27,789 bases of DNA from a virus (lineage: Duplodnaviria > Caudoviricetes): the IMG/VR virus record IMGVR_UViG_3300042901_000537, positions 1-27,789 of that record; one strand, given 5' to 3'. Of this stretch, positions 8,011 to 17,350 are shown one piece after another (the stretch's first letter is position 1; every line of letters begins with the position of its first letter). Below the pieces are notes generated by a model that was given only the letters and a program-made list of their open reading frames with translations, did not search any database and was not told the DNA's origin. Made by a program: the position numbers and the translations under genes.

Positions 8011-9118
8011 TTACAATAATAAGCCTTTTCTTTACCATGGAAAAATTGAATCGATTGATGATCCTGCAGAGCTTCATCGTATGCAGGTTCGTGTCTTTGA
8101 ACTACATGATACAGATGTAACGAAGATACCAACAGAAACTCTTCCTTGGTTTCAACCGTTATTCTCAATAAATGCAGCTAATAGTGCTTCAGCACCAAAT
8201 GTTGGTGATTGGGTTCTAGTTTATTTTCCTGACCCCGAATCGGCACAATTTGGTTATGTCATGGGTACTTTGCCAGGAATTGTATCGGAAACTACTGAAC
8301 AAACAGTATATTCCACACAAACAAGACCAGTTAAACCAGCTGGTGATCCAGCAGGAACAGTAGGACGACCATCTACACCTCCATTATCCAGAAAAGTGGT
8401 TGCGGGCACAGGCGTGGATAGAAGCAACAAATCACTAGTCCATGTGTGTGATATTACACATGAAACTAATCGTGTAACTAATGCTATGCGTAGACAATTT
8501 AGTGAAGTGGTTGCAGCTATTAAAGAAGCAATTTCTGCCTTATTGAAAGCATTAGGTTTTGCCGACCCCTCTGGTGAAATATTAAAGTTGACAGAATTGG
8601 CCAAAGATATTGCAAGAAAGATTAAAAAAGTAACAGACTTTGTGAGAGATATTAATAGTACCATTGCAGAATATTTAAAAATCATTAGACAGATTAGAGC
8701 TATGATTGCTTATATTTTAAGTTTGCCTGGAAGACTTTTAGCTGAGTTTCAACAATGTTTGGCTAACTTGTATAAATCTTTATTATCAGGATTCACGTCA
8801 GCGTTTGCAGAAGTTGGCAGTATAGGTGATTTAGCAGAGTTAGCTGAAGCAGTTAATACAGTTACAACAGAAATTCAAGCTGCTGCAACTCAAGTGGCTA
8901 TATTAGCTAGCACACCACAACAGTTGGCTGCGGTTGTATCTACACCTTCAAGCTCTGCGGATATTGCTAGAGCTGAACAGGACTTTACAACTTATATGAC
9001 TTCAGATGGATTATTCAATTCTTTGGTTCCTTCTCCATCTTCTTTACAACCTTCCGCAGAAGCAACAGCTGTGGTTAGTTCCAATATTGTTGATTTTAGT
9101 AATGGAAAAATGGCTTAA
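8000..9118 (+). CDS. gp5 N-terminal part: OB-fold followed by a long helical region, no lysozyme domain
   Basis: GKIESIDDP..L.RMQVRVF.LH...IPTETLPW...P.VGDWVLVYF.D..AQ..VMGTLPG is the gp5 OB-fold. The remainder is an Ala/Leu/Ile-rich amphipathic helical sequence. Confidence 0.82.
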   Translation: MITDYNNKPFLYHGKIESIDDPAELHRMQVRVFELHDTDVTKIPTETLPWFQPLFSINAANSASAPNVGDWVLVYFPDPESAQFGYVMGTLPGIVSETTEQTVYSTQTRPVKPAGDPAGTVGRPSTPPLSRKVVAGTGVDRSNKSLVHVCDITHETNRVTNAMRRQFSEVVAAIKEAISALLKALGFADPSGEILKLTELAKDIARKIKKVTDFVRDINSTIAEYLKIIRQIRAMIAYILSLPGRLLAEFQQCLANLYKSLLSGFTSAFAEVGSIGDLAELAEAVNTVTTEIQAAATQVAILASTPQQLAAVVSTPSSSADIARAEQDFTTYMTSDGLFNSLVPSPSSLQPSAEATAVVSSNIVDFSNGKMA

Positions 9119-9120
9119 AC

Positions 9121-9930
9121 ATGGCAGTAGATAACGCTTATTCACCACCAGATTATAGTTGGCTTCAGAGAGAGTCTGAGGCTTCGGTGGAAAATCCACC
9201 AAATTTTCCAGATAATAATTCACAACAAACTAAATCTGGTCACATTTTTGAAATGGATGATACATTTGGTCGTGAGCGTATTCGAATTCACCATAGAACA
9301 GGCACCTTTGTTGAAATGCATTCTAATGGTGACGAGACACATAAGATAACTGGTGATGGTTATGAAATCATTGCAGGCAACAAATATGTACACATCAGTG
9401 GTTTTTGTAACATTACAATTGAAGGTGATGCAATCGTTAATGTCAAAGGTAATAAAACTGAGCTGATTGAGGGTAATTATAACCAAGTTATCAAAGGTGA
9501 TTTTATCCAAGTTGTTAAGGGTGAATCAAGAATGTTATCTGATGGAAATATGACAGTTGGTTGTGGTTCAGATTTTCTTGGTTCATTAAGACTTGTTACT
9601 GGTGACCACTTGAGATTAGAAGGTGATTTGTCTGTGAATGGTGGTATCTCAGCTACAAACATAACTAGTGATGGTTGGGTTGCTGCGGCACAAGGTGTAA
9701 ATGCGGGACCAAAAGGATTTGTTTCTTTACTTGGTGGTTTATCCGTTGGTATTCCAATTGCAGTTCCTGGTTGTGTAAATGCTTTAGTTGAAGTTAAAGC
9801 GCCGCTAGGAACTTTTGGCACAATGTCTGCTATTTTAATGACAGATATGATTAATACAAAAATATTTGATACTCACATCCATATGGCCAGAGGTCCAACC
9901 TCACCGCCAATTTCTGGACCAATGATTTAA
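9121..9930 (+). CDS. gp5 C-terminal part: beta-helical spike ending in an HxH motif
   Basis: TKSGHIFEMDDT.GRERIRIHHRTGTFVEMH, then 8-residue repeats (ITIEGDAI VNVKGNKT ELIEGNYN QVIKGDFI QVVKGESR), ending FDTHIHMARGPTSPP. Confidence 0.85.
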   Translation: MAVDNAYSPPDYSWLQRESEASVENPPNFPDNNSQQTKSGHIFEMDDTFGRERIRIHHRTGTFVEMHSNGDETHKITGDGYEIIAGNKYVHISGFCNITIEGDAIVNVKGNKTELIEGNYNQVIKGDFIQVVKGESRMLSDGNMTVGCGSDFLGSLRLVTGDHLRLEGDLSVNGGISATNITSDGWVAAAQGVNAGPKGFVSLLGGLSVGIPIAVPGCVNALVEVKAPLGTFGTMSAILMTDMINTKIFDTHIHMARGPTSPPISGPMI

Positions 9931-9940
9931 GGATTATATT

Positions 9941-10795
9941 ATGGCTTCACTATTCTCACGATTAAACTATACGTATACTGACCCAAACTCAATAATCAGT
10001 ACATTGTCTGATGACGTTACACGAACATTAGATTCTATGCCAAAGATGTTAACACAATGGCAAGCCGATGATGTTGCTAACAGTAATACTGGCGGTTACT
10101 TTGTTAATCCTTGTGCTAATATCACATTAAGTATTTGGGCTTCATCAAATAATTTAGTATCTGTAGCTAATAATGTCCAAGGTTCTGGTAATTTGACTGG
10201 CCTTTGGACTCAGATTACCACCACTTTTGCTTATATCAGTAACAGTTCTACCAGTAATACTCAAGCTGGAGATTTTTTAGCACATACAAATAGAATATCT
10301 GGTGTGACTTCTATAACTGTATCGGCCGACCAAGGAGTTGCTAACTTGCCTCATTATGAAACTGCGGTGCAAACAGGCAAAGCAATGGTATCTCTAATAT
10401 ATCAAACTGATGGTGTATCCAATAATGCACCAATTATGGGTAATTTTACAAGCTTGTTTGTGGCGAATGACTTGATTGCAATCTACAACACAATGTCCAC
10501 ATATGCAAATACTATTAACAATAGCATTTCAATTTCTGGTTCTGGAAGTGAGATGGATCCATTTATTCGCACTTCAAATTTGACATATAATGTGGTAAAT
10601 GCCATAGCAACAACTGCCAATACTGCGAATTCTATATTCTATGACCGCAGAAAACATGATGAACAATTCTATAAAAACTCAATTGATATTTTGAATGATT
10701 ATAAAAAAGTTAGAGGAATTGGAAATTCCGGCCAATCTGAAGATTATTTAATTAAAAATTACATTGGATCCGACAAACTTCTTTCCAGGTTGTAA
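9941..10795 (+). CDS. Hypothetical virion/baseplate-associated protein
   Basis: 284-aa ORF with AAGGA SD, between gp5C and gp25. No family recognised. Confidence 0.7.
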   Translation: MASLFSRLNYTYTDPNSIISTLSDDVTRTLDSMPKMLTQWQADDVANSNTGGYFVNPCANITLSIWASSNNLVSVANNVQGSGNLTGLWTQITTTFAYISNSSTSNTQAGDFLAHTNRISGVTSITVSADQGVANLPHYETAVQTGKAMVSLIYQTDGVSNNAPIMGNFTSLFVANDLIAIYNTMSTYANTINNSISISGSGSEMDPFIRTSNLTYNVVNAIATTANTANSIFYDRRKHDEQFYKNSIDILNDYKKVRGIGNSGQSEDYLIKNYIGSDKLLSRL

Positions 10796-10801
10796 TAAAT
10801 A
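10794..10801 (+). promoter_or_regulatory. Late promoter variant AATAAATA upstream of gp25
   Basis: ATAAATA core in a 10-bp gap, 4 nt before the ATG at 10806. Confidence 0.55.
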
Positions 10802-10805
10802 AACA

Positions 10806-11210
10806 ATGGCAATAGCAATAATCAATACAGTAAAAGAATATCGTGATTTGGATTTGAATTTTAAAATTCATCCAATCAAAAAAGATATCAACAAACATAC
10901 AGCCGAAATGGCTGTAATTAACTCAGTTAAGAACTTGGTGTTGACGCAACACTATGAGATTCCATTTCAACCTGAGATTGGTTCCAACATTCAAAAATTA
11001 TTGTTTGAACCTTTAGATTCGGTGACTGCTTCTTTACTTGATAGAGAAATTAGGCAAGTTATTAAGAATTTTGAGCCAAGATCATCCGTTGATGTTGTTA
11101 AAGTTCTTCCAGATTATGATAAAAATGGATTTACAGTAACTCTCCAATTCTATATCATTAATAGAACTGAACCAATCTCAATACAATTTTTATTAGAACG
11201 AGTACGATAA
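10806..11210 (+). CDS. gp25: gp25-like baseplate wedge subunit
   Basis: YRDLDLNF..HP...D, AVINSVKNLVLT..YE.PFQPEIGS....LLFE, I.NFEPR, LERVR end. Confidence 0.92.
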   Translation: MAIAIINTVKEYRDLDLNFKIHPIKKDINKHTAEMAVINSVKNLVLTQHYEIPFQPEIGSNIQKLLFEPLDSVTASLLDREIRQVIKNFEPRSSVDVVKVLPDYDKNGFTVTLQFYIINRTEPISIQFLLERVR

Positions 11211-13262
11211 ATGGCACAAAATCGTTTACAGGTTACCGAGCTTGATTTTGATACAATCAAGACCAACCTAAAGTCATTCCTAAAACAACAAACCGAATTT
11301 CAAGACTATGATTTTGAAGGTTCTGGTTTAAATGTTCTCATGAATTTATTGGCATATAATACACACTATAATGCCTATTACTTAAACATGGTTGCTAATG
11401 AGTCTTTCTTAGACACAGCATTACTGCGTGATTCTGTTGTTTCTCATGCTAAGACCTTGGGTTATACTCCTTATTCCAAAACTGCCGCTACCGCTATCAT
11501 AGACATGACTATTAATAGTGGCAGTGCCACGGTAGATACTTTGACGATTCCAAAAGGATACATTTTTAATTCAAATATCATTGATAAGAGGAGTTATTCG
11601 TTTGTTGTTTTAAATGAAACATCTGTTACGAAATCTGGTACTCAATATGTTTTTGAAAACTTGAATATTAAAGAAGGCCAATTAATTAATTACAATTTTA
11701 CCTATGATGAATCAAGCAATCCTAAAGCATTATTCACATTGCCGGATGAAGGCATTGATACAAACACAATTACATTAACTGTTAGACCTTCTGCAAGTAA
11801 TACACAAATTCAAGTTTACAATAAAGTAACTGATATTTTAGATACAGATGCAACTTCTCAAGTTTTCTTTTTGCAAGAGACAAAAGGTGGAAAGTTTCAA
11901 ATTTATTTTGGTAATGACAAAATTGGTAAAAAACTAGCTGATGGGTCAGTATTGAGTGTCAATTATTTGGTAACAAATGGAAGTGTTGCTAATAAAATTG
12001 ATGGATTTTCAATGACTGCTGCTATTGGTGGTTTTTCAACATCAACGATAAGTGTTGTGTCTATTGCTTCTGGTGGTTCAGATAGAGAAACTGTCGATGA
12101 AATTAAGGCGGCTTCGCCTGTCCAATTTGCTACACAAAATCGTTTGGTAACAAAAGTTGACTACGAGTCTTATATTAAAAAAAGTTATCCAAGTATTGAT
12201 TCACTCTCAGTTTGGGGCGGCGAAGATGAACTTCCGCCAATTTATGGTAAAATTTTAATTTCTTTAAAACCAAAAGAAAACTATTTTATTACGGAAATTG
12301 AAAAGACAAGAATTATAAATGAAATTATTAAACCAAAAGCTATTGTTTCAGTTAGTGCTGAGATTCGTGACCCGGAGTATTTATATTTGATTTTAAATTC
12401 AACTGTAAAGTATGATGAGAAGAAAACAACTCTTGATGATAATTCATTAAGAACACTAATTAGAAATGCAATCATTGCTTACAAAAACACCAGTTTAAAT
12501 AAATTTAACAGTATTTTTGCTCTTTCAAAATTGCAAGATGAGATTGACCGTGTCAGTCAAAATAGTATTATTGGTTCAGAAACGATTGTTCGATTGCAGA
12601 AAAGATTTCAACCGGAAATAGGTTCAACCTCAAATTATACCATTAATTTTGGTGTTCCTTTACATCGTGGTACAATTACTAATAGATTGACTTCATCTGA
12701 ATTTGCCACATTTGATAACTCTGGTGTTAGTCGTACAGCTATTATTGAAGAAATTCCACAATCTTCAACCGGCATTTCTTCAATTGAAATTTCAAATGCT
12801 GGTTATAATTACGAAACAACACCCACAATAACAATTACTGGTGATGGTGTTGGTGCAACTGCTGTTGCTATCATCCAAAATGGTAGAATTACACAAATTA
12901 AAATGACTAATCGTGGTGTTGATTACAGTCGTGCGGTTGTTACAATCTCAGGTGGTGGCGGATACAATGCTGCGGCTTCTGCGGTAATTGACACTAGAGT
13001 TGGCACAATTAGAACCATTTACTTTGACGCTGATGCCAATAGGCAAATCATAAATCCTAGTGTTGGACAAATTAATTACGGCACTGGTGTTATTACAATT
13101 AATGATTTAAGGGTTTTATCAGTTTCTACAGTAGATGGCTTAATTCGATTGAGTTTAGAATCTGAATCTGGAATTATTGAATCCAATAAAAGTACAATTA
13201 TTACAATAGATGAAACCGACTTGTCTTCAATTTTTACGCAATTATTAAAAGTTAATTCGTAA
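11211..13262 (+). CDS. gp6: gp6-like baseplate wedge subunit
   Basis: ELDFDTIKTNLKSFL, DYDFEGSGL, LAYNTHYNAYY.NM.ANESFLDTA.LR.SVVSHAK.LGY.P, QNRLVT..DY, VWGGE. Confidence 0.95.
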   Translation: MAQNRLQVTELDFDTIKTNLKSFLKQQTEFQDYDFEGSGLNVLMNLLAYNTHYNAYYLNMVANESFLDTALLRDSVVSHAKTLGYTPYSKTAATAIIDMTINSGSATVDTLTIPKGYIFNSNIIDKRSYSFVVLNETSVTKSGTQYVFENLNIKEGQLINYNFTYDESSNPKALFTLPDEGIDTNTITLTVRPSASNTQIQVYNKVTDILDTDATSQVFFLQETKGGKFQIYFGNDKIGKKLADGSVLSVNYLVTNGSVANKIDGFSMTAAIGGFSTSTISVVSIASGGSDRETVDEIKAASPVQFATQNRLVTKVDYESYIKKSYPSIDSLSVWGGEDELPPIYGKILISLKPKENYFITEIEKTRIINEIIKPKAIVSVSAEIRDPEYLYLILNSTVKYDEKKTTLDDNSLRTLIRNAIIAYKNTSLNKFNSIFALSKLQDEIDRVSQNSIIGSETIVRLQKRFQPEIGSTSNYTINFGVPLHRGTITNRLTSSEFATFDNSGVSRTAIIEEIPQSSTGISSIEISNAGYNYETTPTITITGDGVGATAVAIIQNGRITQIKMTNRGVDYSRAVVTISGGGGYNAAASAVIDTRVGTIRTIYFDADANRQIINPSVGQINYGTGVITINDLRVLSVSTVDGLIRLSLESESGIIESNKSTIITIDETDLSSIFTQLLKVNS

Positions 13263-15772
13263 TGTCAGATTTAAAAAATTCAATTCTTGTAAATCAACAA
13301 GTTCCCGAATATGTTCGGGAAGAATATCCGCTATTTGTAAACTTTTTGGAAGCTTACTATGAGTATCTTGAAACTAAACAAGGCACTCAAAAAAATGATT
13401 TAGTAACACAGGCTAAAAATTTACGATATGTTTCTGATGTTGATGATTCCATAGATAATTTTGAAGAAAGTTTTCTAAACAACTTTGCGGCATTAATGCC
13501 ACAAACCTCAGATGTTGATAAAGCATTTTTAATTAAGAATGTTCTACCAGTATATCTATCAAAGGGTAGTGAAAAATCTTTTAGTTTGCTATTCAGACTC
13601 CTGTATGGTTCTGAAGTTGATATTACTTTTCCTAAAGACAATATTCTTAGAGCTTCAGCTGGTGAGTGGACAGTTGAAAATGTTTTAAGAATTAATAATG
13701 ATGTTTTTACCAAATATACAGGTAATGGTAGTACAACAACTTTCTTTTTAGCACAACAAACTTTAGCATCTGAAATTACAGTATATGTTAATAATGTATT
13801 GACCACATCAGGTTTTAATGTCAGAAAAGAAACAAAAAAATTAATTTTTAATACTGCACCGACTAATGGTTCTGTAATTAAAGTTTACTATACCAACTTT
13901 GATTTCAATCTATTTACATCCAGAAAAATTACAGGTACAACATCCGGTGCGACTACTATTATTGAAAGAGCTGCGCCACGATTAATTACGCAACAAACTT
14001 CAATTGAATTATATACTTCTACTAATAATTTAACTGGTACTTTTTTAAATGCCGAAGAAATTACATCTGAAATTATTGGCGATGATGGCACAACACTAAT
14101 TACATTAGTATCAAATACAATTTCAACTGTTAATTCGATTGTAGTTACAAATAGTGGTTCAAGATATAATATTGGTGATCCAGTAGCAATTAATGCTGGT
14201 GGTTTTATCACTAAAGCTGAAGCTGTTATTGATTCAGTTACAACAGGTTTTGTTGATGTTTTAAGTGTTCAATTTGGTGGTGCTGGATTTCAAATTGGTG
14301 GTCTAATTACAGCATCAGGATTAGGTGGAACAAGAGTTGTTGGCGCTGCAACAGCTATAGATTCATCAGGTGATAATTCAGCAAACTCATATTCAATTTT
14401 TACGGATGTCATTAGTCCTTATGCTAATGTTTCAATTTCAAGTGCAAATTATGGATTTCCTTCAAACGTAATTCCGACTGGAGAAAATGTATCAACAAGA
14501 CTTATTGACGCATTCTCAATAGGAACGGTAACTGGAATTGGCCCAATATCAAACATTACCGTGCTGTTTTCCGATTCTTCAAATGGCTCACTTTCTTATG
14601 ATTCACAAGGGGCTCAAGTTGAAACTTTATCAAATACTTTCATTGACATTAAGACCTTTGGTTCTTTAGGTAGAATTAGGATAAACAATGGAGGCAATGG
14701 ATATGTTATTGGTGATGAGATTGTATTTGGTTCTAATCCACCAGGAACTTTTGGCGCAGGAGCTGCGGCCGCTGTAACCAATGTTAATTCGAACGGTGCA
14801 ATTACTAAAGTTGAATTTGGTCCTTCTACAATAAATGGAACAGTTTCAGTTTCAGCTAATAGTATCCAAGTTATTGGTACAGCAACAGACTTTGGTGGTC
14901 AACTTAGTATTGGTGATAGAATTTTAATTAATTTGGAATCAAGATATATTAATTCAATATCTTCTTCAACCACCTTTAATGTAAATGTGGCATTCACAAA
15001 GACCTCAACTAACAAAAGAGTGGGTGTTTATAATAGAAGTCCAATTGGTGGTTCTGGATACATACAAAATAACTTTCCATCACTAACAGTTACTTCATCC
15101 AACGGTTCAGCTTCAGGTGCTAATGTTGAAGTTATTTCAGTTATGGGTGACTCTGAACGAATTGCAGGAACAGCATCAACAGTTGCGGGACAAATTCGCT
15201 CAATTAAAATTACAAATTCTGGTGCCGGATATGAATTTTTACCAGCCATAGATTTAACTGGATATGGAGATGGAACTGCAACAGCTGAAGCTGCAATTGA
15301 AAGGTCTTATGTTTCTTTCCCCGGCCGCTGGAAAAGCTCAGAAGGTATTTTATCTGCACTAGACAGGAAAGTTCAAGGTTTGGACTATTACATTGACTTT
15401 ACATATTTGACAGCCGTTCAAGTAGAATTTTCAAAATATAAAGACATTCTAAAAGGACTTCTCCACCCAGCTGGATTTAAGAATTATGCAGAGTACCCAA
15501 TCAATAAAAACATCAGTTTGGCCACCACTCTCTCATCTGCCAAATCAGTTGAGGTTTCTGGTACAGTCAACGTAAACAGTTCAATTTATGTAACTGGTAC
15601 TAACACTAGATTCATTACAGCAAATACCCGTGGCATTTTGACAATTGGCTCAAATGTTGCTGTTAATAATCAAACCAGAACGGTAAATGCAATCATCAGT
15701 AACACACAATTTACCGTTTCTTCTGCATTTACTATGAGTTCCAACACACAATCTCTGATAATTGTAACATAA
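13262..15772 (+). CDS. gp7-like baseplate wedge protein with inserted beta modules
   Basis: QQVPEYVREEYPLFVNFLEAYYEYLE, Y.SKGSEKSF.LLFRLLYG, C-terminal DYYIDFTY...LLHPAGF; lies between gp6 and gp8. Confidence 0.78.
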   Translation: MSDLKNSILVNQQVPEYVREEYPLFVNFLEAYYEYLETKQGTQKNDLVTQAKNLRYVSDVDDSIDNFEESFLNNFAALMPQTSDVDKAFLIKNVLPVYLSKGSEKSFSLLFRLLYGSEVDITFPKDNILRASAGEWTVENVLRINNDVFTKYTGNGSTTTFFLAQQTLASEITVYVNNVLTTSGFNVRKETKKLIFNTAPTNGSVIKVYYTNFDFNLFTSRKITGTTSGATTIIERAAPRLITQQTSIELYTSTNNLTGTFLNAEEITSEIIGDDGTTLITLVSNTISTVNSIVVTNSGSRYNIGDPVAINAGGFITKAEAVIDSVTTGFVDVLSVQFGGAGFQIGGLITASGLGGTRVVGAATAIDSSGDNSANSYSIFTDVISPYANVSISSANYGFPSNVIPTGENVSTRLIDAFSIGTVTGIGPISNITVLFSDSSNGSLSYDSQGAQVETLSNTFIDIKTFGSLGRIRINNGGNGYVIGDEIVFGSNPPGTFGAGAAAAVTNVNSNGAITKVEFGPSTINGTVSVSANSIQVIGTATDFGGQLSIGDRILINLESRYINSISSSTTFNVNVAFTKTSTNKRVGVYNRSPIGGSGYIQNNFPSLTVTSSNGSASGANVEVISVMGDSERIAGTASTVAGQIRSIKITNSGAGYEFLPAIDLTGYGDGTATAEAAIERSYVSFPGRWKSSEGILSALDRKVQGLDYYIDFTYLTAVQVEFSKYKDILKGLLHPAGFKNYAEYPINKNISLATTLSSAKSVEVSGTVNVNSSIYVTGTNTRFITANTRGILTIGSNVAVNNQTRTVNAIISNTQFTVSSAFTMSSNTQSLIIVT

Positions 15773-15775
15773 ATA
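15768..15775 (+). promoter_or_regulatory. Late promoter variant CATAAATA upstream of gp8, overlapping the gp7 stop codon
   Basis: 7/8 match, 6 nt before the ATG at 15782. Confidence 0.6.
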
Positions 15776-15781
15776 TAGTTC

Positions 15782-17341
15782 ATGGCAACAAATTACACAT
15801 CTAAAAAACTAGCTTTGAATAACGCTGAAAGGTTTAAAATCTCTTTCATCGAAGCTTCACCTTCCATCCAATATATATTTTTGGGTGGCCATGTTCCTTA
15901 TGCTAATGAATCTTCTCCAGATTCTATTATTGAAACCATCTCAAATGAAAAATTAGTTTGGGACAATATGTTTGCGGCCAAAAGAGTTACGGCAAACGAT
16001 GTGGAACATTCCATTCCTCGTGTGAATTGGACAGCAAACACAAAGTACCGTCACTATGATGATACTATAGCTTTAACTGACTTAATAACTGCAAATGTAA
16101 CACAAAACCTTAAACCGATGTATGTGATTACATCGGAAAGAAATGTTTATAAGTGTTTGTCAAATAACGCAACGGCCAATTCAACTATTGAACCAACAGG
16201 TGACTTCACCACATCAAATGGCGTTATCTCTACGGCAGATAGTTACATTTGGAAATATATGTTTAATGTGAGGTCTTCTAATAAGTTTTTGACTAATGAT
16301 TGGATTCCAACTCCAACTAGGTCTGCAACCGCTAGTACATTGTCGGACTATAATTTGGATGATACAGGTGTAGTTAACGGCGAGTTGACAACTGTCACAA
16401 TTAAAACCGGCGGCACTGGTTATTACCATAACATCGTGACAGTAAGCTCCTTTGGTTCTGGTTGTACAACTTTAACTTTAGCTAACACAACCAATGTTGC
16501 AGCTAACATGTCTGTTTCTGGTACAGGCATTGCAACTGGTTCTTATATTTCCAATTTGGATTCTCCAAATAACAAAATTACATTGTCTTCTTCTACTACT
16601 GCCAACGGCGGTGGAACAGGCAATAACTTAACAATACTCACTAGAGTGTATTTTGATGGTGATGGTATTTCAGCCGCAGCTACTGCTACAGTAGCAAATG
16701 GTGCGGTCACAAAAATTACCATGTCAACTATTGGTACTGGGTATACTAGAGCTAATGCTATCATTTATGGCTCAGGAACAGGTGCAAATGCAAGATGTAT
16801 TATTGCACCAAAATATGGTCATGCTAAAAATCCAATCAAAGATTTGCTTGCTACTAATGTTATGGTTGCAAGCAGAATCGGTGATGTGGATTCTTCAGAG
16901 GGTGGAATTATTTCTATAGATACCTCATTCAGACAAATAGGTCTTCTAAGAAACCCACATAAATACGGTGTGGATGCAGCAGCAAACAACTCAACTGCTA
17001 ATGCTGTCATATCTCAAACACGAACACTAACACTTACGACCGGATCATCGTATACACTTGAAGAATATGTTTATCAAGGAACATCAGCTAATAACGCAAC
17101 TGCTTATGGATATGTTCATTCACAAACATCAACAGCTATTAAGTTAACGAGAGTGGCGGGTACATTTGTTGTTGGTCTTTCTTTAATTGGTGATACATCC
17201 GGTGTAACAAGGACTATTGTTTCTCAAGCAAATCCAGAATTTGAACCATATTCTGGTGATATCTTATATGTTGAAAATGCGGCCAAAACGGATAGAGAAG
17301 ATGGCCAAGCAGAAAATATTAAATTTGTAATACAGTTTTAA
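15782..17341 (+). CDS. gp8: gp8-like baseplate wedge subunit
   Basis: WDNMFAAKRV, IPRVNWT, YV.T...VYKCLSNN, D.YIWKYMF, FRQIGLLRNP, SGDILYVEN...R...Q.ENIKFVIQF. Confidence 0.9.
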   Translation: MATNYTSKKLALNNAERFKISFIEASPSIQYIFLGGHVPYANESSPDSIIETISNEKLVWDNMFAAKRVTANDVEHSIPRVNWTANTKYRHYDDTIALTDLITANVTQNLKPMYVITSERNVYKCLSNNATANSTIEPTGDFTTSNGVISTADSYIWKYMFNVRSSNKFLTNDWIPTPTRSATASTLSDYNLDDTGVVNGELTTVTIKTGGTGYYHNIVTVSSFGSGCTTLTLANTTNVAANMSVSGTGIATGSYISNLDSPNNKITLSSSTTANGGGTGNNLTILTRVYFDGDGISAAATATVANGAVTKITMSTIGTGYTRANAIIYGSGTGANARCIIAPKYGHAKNPIKDLLATNVMVASRIGDVDSSEGGIISIDTSFRQIGLLRNPHKYGVDAAANNSTANAVISQTRTLTLTTGSSYTLEEYVYQGTSANNATAYGYVHSQTSTAIKLTRVAGTFVVGLSLIGDTSGVTRTIVSQANPEFEPYSGDILYVENAAKTDREDGQAENIKFVIQF

Positions 17342-17350
17342 AGGCAAATA

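Noticed and set aside
9100-9123. Programmed -1 frameshift joining the two gp5 halves
   Set aside because: The frames are -1 related, but GGA AAA ATG is not a proper X XXY YYZ heptamer and the second ORF has its own ATG. Kept only as a caveat.
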